Positions 28,101 through 39,715 of a stretch of DNA of 56,120 nt are shown in pieces (the first letter of the stretch is position 1; each line of letters opens with the position of its first letter). The stretch is from Catajapyx aquilonaris (taxonomy: Eukaryota). Made by a program: the position numbers and the translations under genes. The stretch is taken from the NCBI GenBank assembly GCA_000934665.2, contig JYFJ02002480.1, forward strand, positions 1 through 56,120, read 5' to 3'. Below the pieces are notes generated by a model, which saw only the letters and a list, made by a program, of their open reading frames with translations, made no database searches and was not told the origin of the DNA.

Positions 28101-28408
28101 ATGACCACTTGTACGTGGTGGGTGGATCCAACAAGACAGAGGTACTCAAAACTGTGGAACGCTACAGCTTTGAGCGAGACCAGTGGACCCAAGTGGCACC
28201 CATGCATGTTGGGAGAGGGAGCCCTGCTGTGGCAGCCACTAATGGCCACCTCTACGTCATTGGAGGAGACCAGACCCATGAGGTAAACTTTTACAGGGCC
28301 CAAATCACAATTGCAGATGTTGAGTATTATGACCCAGAGACGAACACTTGGCATGAGTGTGTGCCACTGGCAGAGTCCAGGAGTGAGGCTGGGGCAGTAG
28401 TGCTTTGA
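25186..28408 (+). CDS. IPP: BTB-BACK-Kelch protein, actin-binding protein IPP/KLHL27-like. Exons 25186-25685, 27103-28408
   Basis: BTB FCDVEI...AHRAVLAASSPYFQAMF, a BACK domain, and six kelch repeats (YVIGG, YVVGGE, YAFGGWVGEDIG, YIVGG, YVVGG, YVIGG). YAFGGWVG is IPP-like. The intron is phase 2 and in frame. Confidence 0.88.
26661..27034 (+). mobile_element. tRNA-derived SINE with 13-bp target-site duplication
   Basis: TSD atggtgactgtgg at 26648-26660 and 27035-27047; B box GGTTCGATCCC at 26726-26736; A-box-like GGAGTGGCGC near the 5' end; (ATT/TTA)n tail. Confidence 0.85.
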
Positions 28409-30325
28409 TCTGTGCCTCCGCCCCAGTACTACACCCAATATGTAACTGTATTTTACACTGGTCAACTTGTAGTAGATAATGGTGCTGTGCCTCCAAAGAA
28501 GATGGGACACTTTTTCACATGTGATTTGATAATATTACTTCCATGATAATATTATAAATTACTACACTATTGAATTTTCATACCAACCAAGAAGAAATGC
28601 TGAAGTTCTGTAGATCAAGGAATTGGTTGGCTTCTCTCCGATGCTATACTATGATGGTGAATAATCAACACGTTACCAATTCAGGGTGTAATTAAAATGT
28701 TATTTGGCTTTGTTGATGAATCCGTTGGAAATTTATATAATGTAGAGGTTTTATTTGAGCAGATATTTGCATCAATATTGCATAATTGATAATGTTATAT
28801 GTTGGTTCAGTGCAATATTTTTTTGATCGTACATGCACGCCTAATCATCTAAAGAGCAAGGCAAATGAATTTAATGTGAAAGTTACATTATTGCATATCT
28901 AAAAAAAATACTCATATAGGTACAAAAGCGTGACTTTCAGGTGAATGCAATTAGTGGCTGCAAAGAGTAAGTTTTAGTAGTTTTAGTGAGGAAGTCTGCA
29001 ACATTGATCAGTTGGTAAATCAACAGCTGAAAGGCATCCTCATATTAATAAAATAACGACATGATACTACGAATGAAAGAACAGTGCTGATCAGTCGACC
29101 ATACCATAACTAGGCATTTGACTGAGTTATGATCAGTGTAGTAATCAAGTTTGCCTGGGCAAGCCTGGTAATGTTTTTGCATCATTTCTTGACTGTTGCT
29201 TCCATATTAGTGTAGCTATAACATGCAGTAGTTATGAAACATATTTCGTAGTTTTCACTTAGAATATCTTTGTGTGGCAGCTAAAAAACTGACTGTACGA
29301 ACTTGCAGTGGTTAAGGATAGACATGACAAACAATACCTTGATGAAGTGCATAAATTTTACCAAAGAAGAGAACCCAAGAGTAATGATATTAACAAGGTG
29401 CCTGTGTTTTGTACATAATTGATGTTGTCACAGGGACTGTTGTGTGATTCCAGTTGCAAATTTACATTAGCTAAGACGTGGACATATTTCAAGTACTGTG
29501 TCATTTCTCTCAAATATTTACACACAGAAGGTGATGTAATTTTGACATGAATGATCGAATATGACAGCGTATTTCCATGACCTTCCATGCCTTTTTGTCT
29601 GAAGAGTCATGCATGATCATGTTTTTACATCTGTTTGCATATAAATTTATGTTCACATGTTTATAGCAGCTGCTGCTTACATGAATGTAGATGTGTAATT
29701 ATACATGCACATGTTAAGTATCTTGCCACTCATTGGAAATGCATTGCAGTTAACTAAATGGGCACCTGGTTTTATTGCAGCATTTTAAATAATTTCAGAG
29801 TATACCTACCCACCTTCATGATCAATCTCTGCCATCGAGATGAAGAATGTGCAGTCAAAGCAACTCGATTTTTCTCTGCAAGTAGATTTATGTTATATGG
29901 GGACTGTACGAAGAGTGACCTTCATCTTTATGCATGTGGGGACAAGGTTACCATTTTCTCCCACACCTGGGAAAGGAGCTGGGTTCTGCTGGGGAGGCAG
30001 ACGTGTACAGGGTGACTCAGAACTAGAGGTCAAACTACTGCCAGTGTACTCCTAGTTTAATTAAGGCGGACGAGAAACGCTGCCTTAGTGGCGATAGCGG
30101 AGTAGTCAAGCTACTAGGGGCATAGAGGGTTGTCACACACAAAATGGTGACACACTTTTTAATACAGAATGGTGTGTCATATGACACAAAAACGTGTCGA
30201 GCAATGTTGTCAACGCATTTTTTTGTAAAATGACGCAACTGTGTGCCATGTACCATGTTATATGACACTCCATTTCCTAATTACCTTTTGTGCATAGACA
30301 CACCAAAACTTGTCAACTGATACAC

Positions 30326-30446
30326 GTTTAGGTTTGGTTTATTAGGAAGGAGACAAAGCGACTGCGGCTATCTGGCTATCAGAAGACACAAACCAATGTG
30401 GTTTAAACCAGCCAAACCCTGCCACACACTAAAAGAACAGACACAC
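30326..30446 (-). mobile_element. Probable 3' tail of a non-LTR retroelement abutting the truncated lipocalin-like copy
   Basis: The minus strand ends ...cctaataaaccaaacctaaac (simple-repeat tail). Paralogue homology is lost at this point. Confidence 0.35.
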
Positions 30447-30454
30447 TAGTTTTC

Positions 30455-31078
30455 CGATACACGCGTCACAATCATAAATCTCGTCTCTAATCTCGAAAGG
30501 GTGTGATCCCTGCTGAGTGACTCCGAATAATTCTTTGCAGCAGCTGAAAAATGCAAGTGTACTATTGCATTACTGGTAATGACGAAGGGTTGGATTCAGG
30601 TGCAGGGTTTGTCGTGTGTAACCATAATACAGTGCACTGTATAATGATCCCACATAATCAAGAGTAACTGTACAATTCACGAAGAAAAGTAACGCTACAC
30701 TTAATTCCCACACACAGCACCAGCAGGCAGTCAAGTGAAATAAAAACACACTCTGTGGCGTTGCACTGGAAAGATGCCAAAATTCTCATTGTCATTCCTC
30801 TTATGTAATCTGGCTGATTGAATGGAAAATATCGAGAAATGTCAAGAAATTGGCACTTTGTTGTACTGTCAGTGGTGTATACATTGCTGTCCAGTTGCCT
30901 ACATTCTGGGAAAGAGAGTGGATGGCTATTAGAAATGATTGAATTGCTTTTAGTTGAAATACCTCTAGCTTTACCGGGCATCTATCGAAGGCTTGACCTG
31001 GATACTTTCCGCAGATATTAAAATAAGCAACGTGCACATAATATGCACATATAGAGCTAGATGAAACATGAGCCTCAT
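30455..31078 (-). pseudogene. Lipocalin-like copy A, pseudogene. Exon remnants 31078-30975, 30905-30752, 30543-~30455
   Basis: Homologous to copies B-D. Exon 1 is 104 nt (others 102) and exon 2 is 154 nt (copy C 152), each with a 2-nt insertion. Exon 3 homology stops after EIYDCD and exon 4 is absent. Confidence 0.85.
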
Positions 31079-32567
31079 TTTCTGCACTGTGAAAGAATCG
31101 GCGGCCTAATGGTAAGAGTAATTATCATGCGTCAGAGAAGGGGAATTCGTTACTGATGTACAAAATGTGCTATAAAGGTTACCCTGTACCTTAATCTCTT
31201 TGTGGAACCATTCACTTGTGCACGGTGACGATATTCTTGTAAAAGCCGGTGGTCAAAAGACTTTGAGGAAGTTTGTAATTCCATCTCCACTAACAGTAAG
31301 ATGTGATTATGTGCCGCTGTGGCAAAGAGGACGAATCTGTTTTTTCTACAAAATATGCATAATGTCAAGGTGAAACCAGTTGTATGTTGACTGTAGCCAG
31401 CTGTAGCCTACTCTTGAAACACCTGGTAAGAGGAAGGTAATTGGTTAAAAGTTAATTGTTTGAATCCTTTACATTTATACACATCTGTTGCATTATAAAA
31501 AAAAGCATTTATTACTTTTTACAACTATATTTTCAACCATCGATTACCGAGAGCAGATACTTAAATGAACTACGCCTCAGTCGAACTTAGCTCTCGAATG
31601 GAATTTTGCGCACGCTTCACAAATGTCTATCCTTTAATCCTTAGATTTTTGGCAATTGAAACACTACTTATTCCTTCATAAATCAGTAGGTTCGTTTCTA
31701 ATCACCCTAAATAATGATAATTAAGTAGGAAACATTTTGTCACATATAATTTTTGGCACTTCTAACGTTCTAAGAGCTGTAACAATGGTATCCTATCTAT
31801 CGTGAAGCCTTTGCCTTCTGATTGTTCTGAACACTCAAAATTTCTAGGTGTGCTTCAAGGCCACTCAATTTTCAATTATTCGATTACTATCCTTAGATGT
31901 AAGGAGAACAAAAATCTTCTCTACTTCCCCTCAGCCTTCCCCCTCTCTTTACTGCGTTGAAATAAAGTGATTGAACTGTGGGATACGCTTTCAATTAGTC
32001 GATATTTCACATTTTCTCAGCGACGATAAGAGAACCAGTGACGGAATACCCTGAAACAACAGAGCCATTGCTTGAGTCTGAGTTGGTAAATTGCTCCTAC
32101 ATCACCACCCCCTCGCCTTCCATTATACTATTGGTTTCAGTCTGGCAATTTCAACCCGTAAGCGATATATTTGACTCTCAACTTGGTGTTAAACCTTCAA
32201 AATTGATTTTAATATTGCTCCTAACTCTTCTCATCACTTTTGTGTAGCCTACGTGTAAGTTACTCATATCCTATGCAGACATAAATTATTATTATTTGTT
32301 TTAGGAGGGACATTACGTTGATTTTTTTTCATCCAAAGGCAACGTTTTAAACCCTTAAGAGTGAATGGAGAAGCGACACACTCAATGGACTAGATTGTTC
32401 CTTATTTTCCGAGAGTTAAAGTTTCGCAAAACCTTGCAACAATGAATCATGGGACACAAGAAATATATTTCAAACACCCACAATTAATTGCCGCTGTTTA
32501 TTTTTGTCTCAATTACATTCATCCTTCATATAACAATACAGCAACAACACCTCAGGGAATGACCGTG

Positions 32568-33835
32568 CTAAGGGCACTGTGGTCGTAATAAAAACTGACT
32601 GCGGTAACAGTATGTACAGTCGGCATCATCACTGCTGTAAAACATTTCACCTGGAAACATATTTTTCGCAATTGTAAGACCTTCTTGTGCAGCAGTGATG
32701 TTACACAAATCTCTGACATAGATTTCTGTCTTCGTACCTAAAAGAAAGGGATACATACTATAAGTATTAGCACAAGTCAAAGGCGTACTCAGAAGAATTA
32801 TTATTAGACTACTTACCACCAAGTAAATAATACCACTGTATAATCATATAGTTACAATAATCAGTTTTTGGAATCTCTATGTTTTCAAGGTCGCGAGGAA
32901 AAGGCAACTCTAAGGGTCCATAACATGGTGTCTCTTTTTTGCATATAGTTATGTTCATGGATGAGCCACCCCAATAGCAGTCCTCTTTCTTTCCACAATG
33001 ATGACTACAAGCGATCATTCGTAGGAGGTCACCCAAGGTACTTTGCTCTCCTGTACATTCGGCACAAGTACAATCATAAACCTCATCTCTTTGCTTGATA
33101 AGGTCTGATCCCAGCACAGCGCCTGCAAGTTTACCTCCGCAGCATCTGAAAAATACAATGGTACCAGGTACTACTGTATTACCGGTAATGCCGCAGGGTT
33201 GGACGGAGGTCCACAATATTATTGGTTGTTTATAATCATATGGAAAATGGCCAATCGTAATCAAGGGTAACTGTGCACTTCACATAGAGAAGTAACAATA
33301 CGCTTATCAAATTATTGGTGCCACTTTAAAAATCATAATTATGTTGGGAGATCCTGCATTACTTGGGGTCTGACATAGCCATTGTTGCTAAATGTTCACT
33401 CTGGGTTCAGGAGTAGGTTAACGGAACATAAAACACTAAAATAATCAGTACAAATGTGCCTAAAGATTACAGTAGAACAGACAGTTAACTGATTTAAAAC
33501 GCACTTACTTGTCTGTGTCTTCGCATTTGTAAGATTGCCAAATTCTGTTTGTGTATCCTCTAATGGTATCTTTAACTCCGTTTGGATAATATCTGGCAAT
33601 GTCGAGAAATTGGCACTTAATTGTATTGTCAGTGCTGTACACTGCTGTCCAGTTGCCTACAATCTGGGAAAGAGAGCCGATGGTTATTAGAAAAATAATG
33701 GAATTTCTATCAACTGAAACATCTCTGACTTACGATGCTTCTATTGAAGGCTTCACCTGGATACGTTCCGCAATAATTAGAACGAGCAACTTGCAAAAAA
33801 TATGCGCAGAAGACAAAGTGAAAGAAATGCTTCAT
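32568..33835 (-). CDS. Secreted Cys-rich lipocalin-like protein, copy B (251 aa). Exons 33835-33734, 33663-33509, 33145-32817, 32737-32568
   Basis: MKHFFHFVFCAYFLQVARS-NYCGTYPGEAFNRSI|IVGNWTAV...IEIPKTDYCNYMIIQW...TEIYVRDL...CTYCYRSQFLLRPQCP*. Open 756-nt frame; GT-AG introns in phases 0,2,1; AATAAA at 32497-32502 (minus). Confidence 0.85.
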
Positions 33836-34509
33836 ATTTTCTGCACTCTGTGAACAGGAGCGTCTGTAACAAGCGTTGTTCACCAGCGAATAGTCTCGAC
33901 GAAGTGAAGAATCATGCCCCAGATCGCTGCCACATCACATCAAACCGAGCCTTCTAGCAGAACACCTGCGAATTTCAACCAGATTGAACTGAAATCGTTC
34001 AACTCCAGCTACACACCTGCATATCTGTTACTTTTCTTTGCAAGAATAATGGATGAAAGAATTGGCCAATGCTAAATGAAGAATAATAAATTATTGAACA
34101 TGGCTGGAATAATGCACTGTATTGCTATGGTTGACAAGATACATTGCAGGTACATCATGTCAGCCCAGAATAGTTCACATATATGCTACAGTTGAGTCAT
34201 GCCCAGTCAGGTGCAAGGCATATGCTGTAGCAGGTCCCTCTTATTTCCTTCTCTGTGTCATCACGAACCCCCGTCATGCTGGTTGCCATACTCTACATCC
34301 CGTATGCAAATTATTGTAAAAATAATATGTGAGCAATCCGTTACAAAAAAAATAATAATAAATTTGTTCGAAGAATTTTACTACCACTCGTGAGGGATCA
34401 GAAAATTGATACTTTAGCGCTACCTATTAGATATGTATTGAGTATGTAGTGTAGAATAGCCTATGTAAACGTCGGGTGGAGTCGGGTGTTGTTGTTGGTT
34501 CATTGGGAA

Positions 34510-34839
34510 CATGCGTTCTTATTGTCACCAGGGAGGGGGAGGAAGCCAATGAAAACCCACAAATATACAGAGAACTTATCAAACTTTCCACATGATTCGG
34601 TTTACTGGGGAGAACCAGAGCAACTGAGGCTATCTGGATTAGAGGTAAGGGTGATGAGAGGTTTTCGGACAGGGAAAGAAAATGTCAAAACCCCGAGAAA
34701 ATCCGCGTGAACACTGGGAAAACACGTCGATACTCGATACCCTTTTCATGTGATAAAATATTTTGTCCGGGATACACAAGTAATTCTGGAACACAGAGGT
34801 GGAAGGTTGTGACCCTATCCACTGCACCAGCCAGAACCC
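34510..34839 (-). mobile_element. Decayed tRNA-derived SINE remnant(s) between copies B and C
   Basis: Minus-strand head gggttctggcTGGTGCAGTGG (A box). Body has gaaaacccac/gagaaaatccgcgtgaacac SINE-like motifs. Absent from the paralogous intergenic blocks. Confidence 0.4.
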
Positions 34840-35121
34840 ATAAGTCTCCATAATTGAGAGCAAGAAAAGTTCCCAAACAGAATAATATGGGGGTAATGAT
34901 ATGCTCTGCAGCCACAAATTATTATATTTGATTTTGGAGAAAACCATTCAGAGTGAATGGGGAAATGCTATTCTCAGTGGACATTATCGTATATATTTTC
35001 CAAACGATAAAGTGTCGCAAAATCTTGCAAAAAGAAACCATAGAGAACAGGTATAACACGCGAAAAATGCTTTTCCAACACCTACATTTAATTGCCACAG
35101 TTTATTTTTGCCTCAGTTACA

Positions 35122-35166
35122 CGAAGAAGAAGAAGACGACGACGACGACGAAGAAGAAGAAGACGG
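35122..35166. repeat. Compound (GAA)n(GAC)n(GAA)n microsatellite
   Basis: Seen directly; lies in the 3'UTR of copy C. Confidence 0.85.
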
Positions 35167-35210
35167 TAGCCCTACTTGATTACATATCAGCGAATGGTCC
35201 TGCTAAGCCG

Positions 35211-36296
35211 CTAAGGTATGGGGACGCTTCTGTAACAGTAAGTGCAGCTGCCATCATCACTGTTGTAAAAGGTTATGTTTGAGTACTTTCTCTTCGCAAT
35301 TTCCAAAGCTGTAGTTGCAGCAGTACTGTTTGACAAATTTCTGACGTAAATTTCAATTTTAGTATCTAAAATGAAACGATACATCAGTATTAGCACAAGT
35401 GAAAGTCATATGTAGAAGAATACAGACGCAGTGCGTATAGTAATAAATTACTTACCAGCTAAAAGGCCGTAACGATACTCTACAATCATATAGTCGCAAT
35501 AGTTAGTTCCTGTAACCTCCACGTTTTCAAGCTTGAGAGGAAGAAGAGAAAACTCGAAGCCTCCTGCACATGGGTTCTCTTTTTTGCCCAAAGTGACGTT
35601 TCTGGACTGGCCACCCCAAAAGCATGCCTTTTTATCCACACACGAATTACAAAACAAATTTTGGAGCAATACAGTCAATAGACCCGCGTCACAATCATAC
35701 ACCTCGTCTCTCATCTCTCCCTGCTTAATGCCTCCAATTATTCCTTCCCCGCAGCTGAAAAATACAAGAGCACCACTGCATTACATGTAATGTCGTAGGG
35801 TTGGATGCAGGTGCACAATTGGTCATGTATAATCATATATGGAAAGTAGCCACACGTAACTGTGCACTTCACAAAGTAACACTACACTAATCTTATCAAA
35901 TTATTATTAGTGCTACTTTGCTACTTTCCATGCTCCATGCGCAGCTCAAGCAAGTGAACTACGTAAATACGTACTTAGTGTCGTTGCACCGGAAAGATGT
36001 CCAAATTCTGGTTGTCAATCCTCTTATGTAATCTGGCTGATTGGATGGAAAATATCTAGAAATGTCAAGAAATTGGCACTTTTTATTACTGTCACTGGTG
36101 TACACTGCAGTCCAGTTGCCTACAATCTGTGAAAGAGAGCGGATGGATAGTAGTAATTATTGAATTACTCTCTTCTGTAATACCTCTGGCTTACCAGGTT
36201 TCTATTGAAGGGTTGATCAGGATACTCTCCGCAAATATTAGAATGAGCAACCTGCATAAAATATGCAGAGAGAGCTAGGTGAAACAAGAGCTTCAT
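35211..36296 (-). CDS. Secreted Cys-rich lipocalin-like protein, copy C (235 aa). Exons 36296-36195, 36126-35975, 35754-35456, 35365-35211
   Basis: MKLLFHLALSAYFMQVAHS-NICGEYPDQPFNRNL|IVGNWTAV...VEVTGTNYCDYMIVEY...IEIYVRNL...CTYCYRSVPIP*. Open 708-nt frame; phases 0,2,1; AATAAA at 35101-35106 (minus). Confidence 0.85.
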
Positions 36297-37481
36297 ATTT
36301 TCTGCACTCTGTGGACAGGAGCGTCTGTGACAAGCCTTGTTCACCAGCGATGAGTCCTGATGAAGTGAAGCAGAAAGACCCAGTGACTCTCCATTTTACC
36401 AGATTTGCAAAAATAAATCATAGTATATCCACCTGGTTGTGACATAAATGTCTGCTACTGGCAATCGTATACAGAACGACTGTAAATTATGTCAAGGTGG
36501 ATCTAAAATCGTCCTACTCCAGCTGCTGAGTTGCATGTACATGTACTCGTATAACATATTGTTCTGTAAGAATAATGAACGAAAAAATCGGCAGCATATG
36601 TTCACAAAGTGGCATCTGTTTCACCTTATTCATGTTCAGAATGTTTTGTGAAGGCTACGAGTCTCATCAAGGTCATATTTTATCCTGAGTGTGGAGGGCA
36701 ATCCCGCGAGACTCTCCATACTTGGGGGGTGGATTGATAGCTAGTCAGGATGACGTGAAGGACAGAGCAGTACGGTCGTTTTTGAAACATTTGATTACAT
36801 TTTGCTAAGCGAAGATGAGGATTTTGGCCAGATATGATGGCATCGCAAAATTTTCTATCCCTTGGCCACATGTGTAAGTTTCGGTTCACGTATGCTGTAT
36901 TTGGTTGAGTCATGCCAGCCAGGTGCGAGGCATATGCTGTAGCAGATCCCCCTGAATCATGCTATATTAAATCATGCCAGTTTGCATACTCTACTTTCCA
37001 TGCGCAGCAAATTATTGTAAAAGATGGGAACAAAAAAGAGAGTTTTACTAGTAGCCCACTTGATTCTGAAACAGAAGCGAATTCGCAGGATACACTCCCA
37101 TTTTGTTGGCATTTCACATTTTCGCAGCGACGATAAGAGTAATCAGCTTCATTACCCTGAACCAGATGTCAGAGACAGAGGCATCGCTTGTGTCTGAGAT
37201 GGGACATTGCCCATATGACACCAACTCATCACCTCTTCCTCTCACTCCAATGTTGGTAGCAGTATATACCATTGCCAACACTGGTATTGCGTGCTAAGTT
37301 AGCAGTAACTATCAGTGAGACGAAAATTCCACCCCTTGTCTTTTACCTTTTCCAAACGTTAAAATGTGGCAGAACTTTGCTGTAATAAACCATGGACACC
37401 AGGTCCTTACACAAGAAATTAACTTGCAAACATACAACTAATTGAGTCTGTTTATTTTTGTCTCAATTACATTCATCATTC

Positions 37482-37484
<3 letters not shown>

Positions 37485-37547
<63 letters not shown>
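37485..37547. repeat. (TAA)n microsatellite
   Basis: About 21 perfect units; lies in the 3'UTR of copy D. Confidence 0.95.
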
Positions 37548-37549
<2 letters not shown>

Positions 37550-37587
37550 CCAGAGTATAGTTGATTGCACCTCAGCGAATGGCCTTG

Positions 37588-38896
37588 CTAAGGTATGGGA
37601 ACACTATAGTAACAGTAAGTGCAGATGCCTTCATTACTGTTGTAAAAAGACTTCTCTGAGTACAATATTGTCGCTCGTTCGCGAGCGTGATTTACAGCAG
37701 TGTCGTTACCCAAATCTCTGACATAAGCCCCTACCTTCTTACCTACAGGAAAGGAATACATAAGTATTAGCAAAAGTGAAAAGAATGTATACCGAAGAAT
37801 ATGTACGGTATTAGACTACTTACCTGTTGTGAAACTATACTCTATAATAATATAGTTGCAATAGTCAGTTTCTCTAATCTTCACGTTTTCAAGGTTATCA
37901 AGTACAGGCACCTCTAGATGTCCAGCACATGGTGTCCCTTTTGGGCCTACAGTTATGTTCGTCACTTGGCCACCCCAATAGCATGCCTTTATATCCTCAC
38001 ATGAAATACAAGCGAAAAACTGTAGTAAGATTGCGAAAATGCCAGTAGCTCCGTCACAATCATAAAGCTCGTGTCTCTCCTCGACAGGGAACGGCTCTTC
38101 CCGATTGCCTGCTAACAATGTTTCGCAGCAGCTGGAAAAAAACAAAAAACAATGGTGCTATTGCATTACCGGTAATACAGAAGTGTTGGATGCATGTGTA
38201 CAGTACAGTACATCAGGCCTATACGTGTAGGCTACTTCAACGCGAACTGTCCACCATTGGAAAATAATCTGATAATTATTCAACAGGTGACACTTTGCAG
38301 ATTTGGACCAATAAGCAACTTAAATTGAACCAGAGTTATGGCTTTCTCTTATAGGTCGGCCCAACTTGTATACAGTATACGAGATGTACGTCCGGACAAT
38401 AAAAAGTCTGTCGACTTCAGTGTAAGCAAAAGGATAACGGTTAACATATTGTGAATATTCCGTGACAGAGAAAGAAGGACTCGAGGTCTGCATGACAGAT
38501 TCTAGCTGAAAATTTACCTCTTAGCACCAGCAGGGGGTAAAGTGAAATAAAACGTAGTATATACTTACTGCTCAGTGGACTTGCACAAGTAAGATAACAA
38601 AAATCTGGTTGTCATTCCTCTTGAATCAGCACCTTCGTTATTGAATGGCCAATATCTGTCAATGACGAGAAAGTGGCATCTTTTATTACTCTCGGTGGTG
38701 GACACTGCCGTCCAGTTGCCTACAATCTGGAAAACATAATGGACGGTTATTAGAAACGATTGAATTTCTATCAACTGAAATATCTCTGACTTACGAAGCC
38801 TCTATTGAAGTCTTCTCCTGGATACTTTCCGCAGAGATTTGCGCGAGCAACTTGCACAGAATATGCACAGAGAGCTATGTGAAACAAGAGCCTCAT
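37588..38896 (-). CDS. Secreted Cys-rich lipocalin-like protein, copy D (240 aa). Exons 38896-38795, 38726-38569, 38131-37824, 37742-37588
   Basis: MRLLFHIALCAYSVQVARA-NLCGKYPGEDFNRGF|IVGNWTAV...VKIRETDYCNYIIIEY...VGAYVRDL...CTYCYYSVPIP*. Open 723-nt frame; phases 0,2,1; AATAAA at 37451-37456 (minus). Confidence 0.85.
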
Positions 38897-39644
38897 GTTT
38901 TCTGCACTCTGTGAACAGTAGCGTCTGTGACAAACGTTGTTCACCAGAGGAGAGTCTCAATAAAGTGAAGAATCATTCAGCACTTTTCAGCCACATCAAC
39001 CTGTATGTAAAATGAACGCCGCGTGGCAATCTGCAAATTAGGCCTACAGCAATTGGAGCTGAAATAGTTCAGCTTCAACTACGCACCTGCACGTCTGTAA
39101 CATTGCTCTGCAAGAATAATGGATGAAAGAATTGGCAGCATATGGCAATGCATATTATCCTGTGACTAAGAACTGGAATCTCATTAAAATTAGATATTAG
39201 CCTGATATGAGATATAATGGCGTGGCAAAAATTTCAGTTCACGTATGCAGTGTACTAGGGTTGGGTCATGCCAGCCAGGTGCGAGGCATATGCTGTAGCA
39301 GATCCCCCTGAATCATGATCTATTAAATCATGCCAGTTTCCATACTCTACTTTCCACGTACAAATTATTGTAAAATATGGGAACAATCCGTTACAAAATG
39401 AGAGTTTACCAGAATACCAGTACTGCCTACTTGACTCTGAAACAGAATCGAATTCAACCATTTTGGCGGCATTTCACATTTTCCCAGTGAGAATTTCCCA
39501 GGAGAATCAGCGAAGAGAACCAGGTATCAGCGACCTGTTAACATGCAAGTTATTGAAGCAACAGATATTAATTATTACTCCACCACCAAACACAACACAC
39601 ACACTCCCATGTTATTGGCATATAAATGAGTGAGAGAATAATTT

Positions 39645-39715
39645 ATTGGAATGACACGAGAGATAATGAGAATAATAATAATAATAATTTTCATTATCTC
39701 TCGTGTCATTCCAAT
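39645..39715. repeat. Inverted repeat/hairpin with an (AAT)n loop
   Basis: attggaatgacacgagagataatga pairs with tcattatctctcgtgtcattccaat. Confidence 0.8.

Noticed and set aside
27427..28510. 170-aa and 151-aa minus-strand ORFs
   Set aside because: Antisense shadows of the kelch exon.
34953..35282. 109-aa ORF with KKKKTTTTTKKKK, and the poly-Tyr ORF at 40157..40462
   Set aside because: Both are microsatellite translation artefacts.
30400..39600. Repeats read as a CRISPR-like array or satellite
   Set aside because: Units are kilobase-scale diverged gene duplicates with exon-intron structure in eukaryotic DNA; there are no short repeat-spacer units or cas genes.
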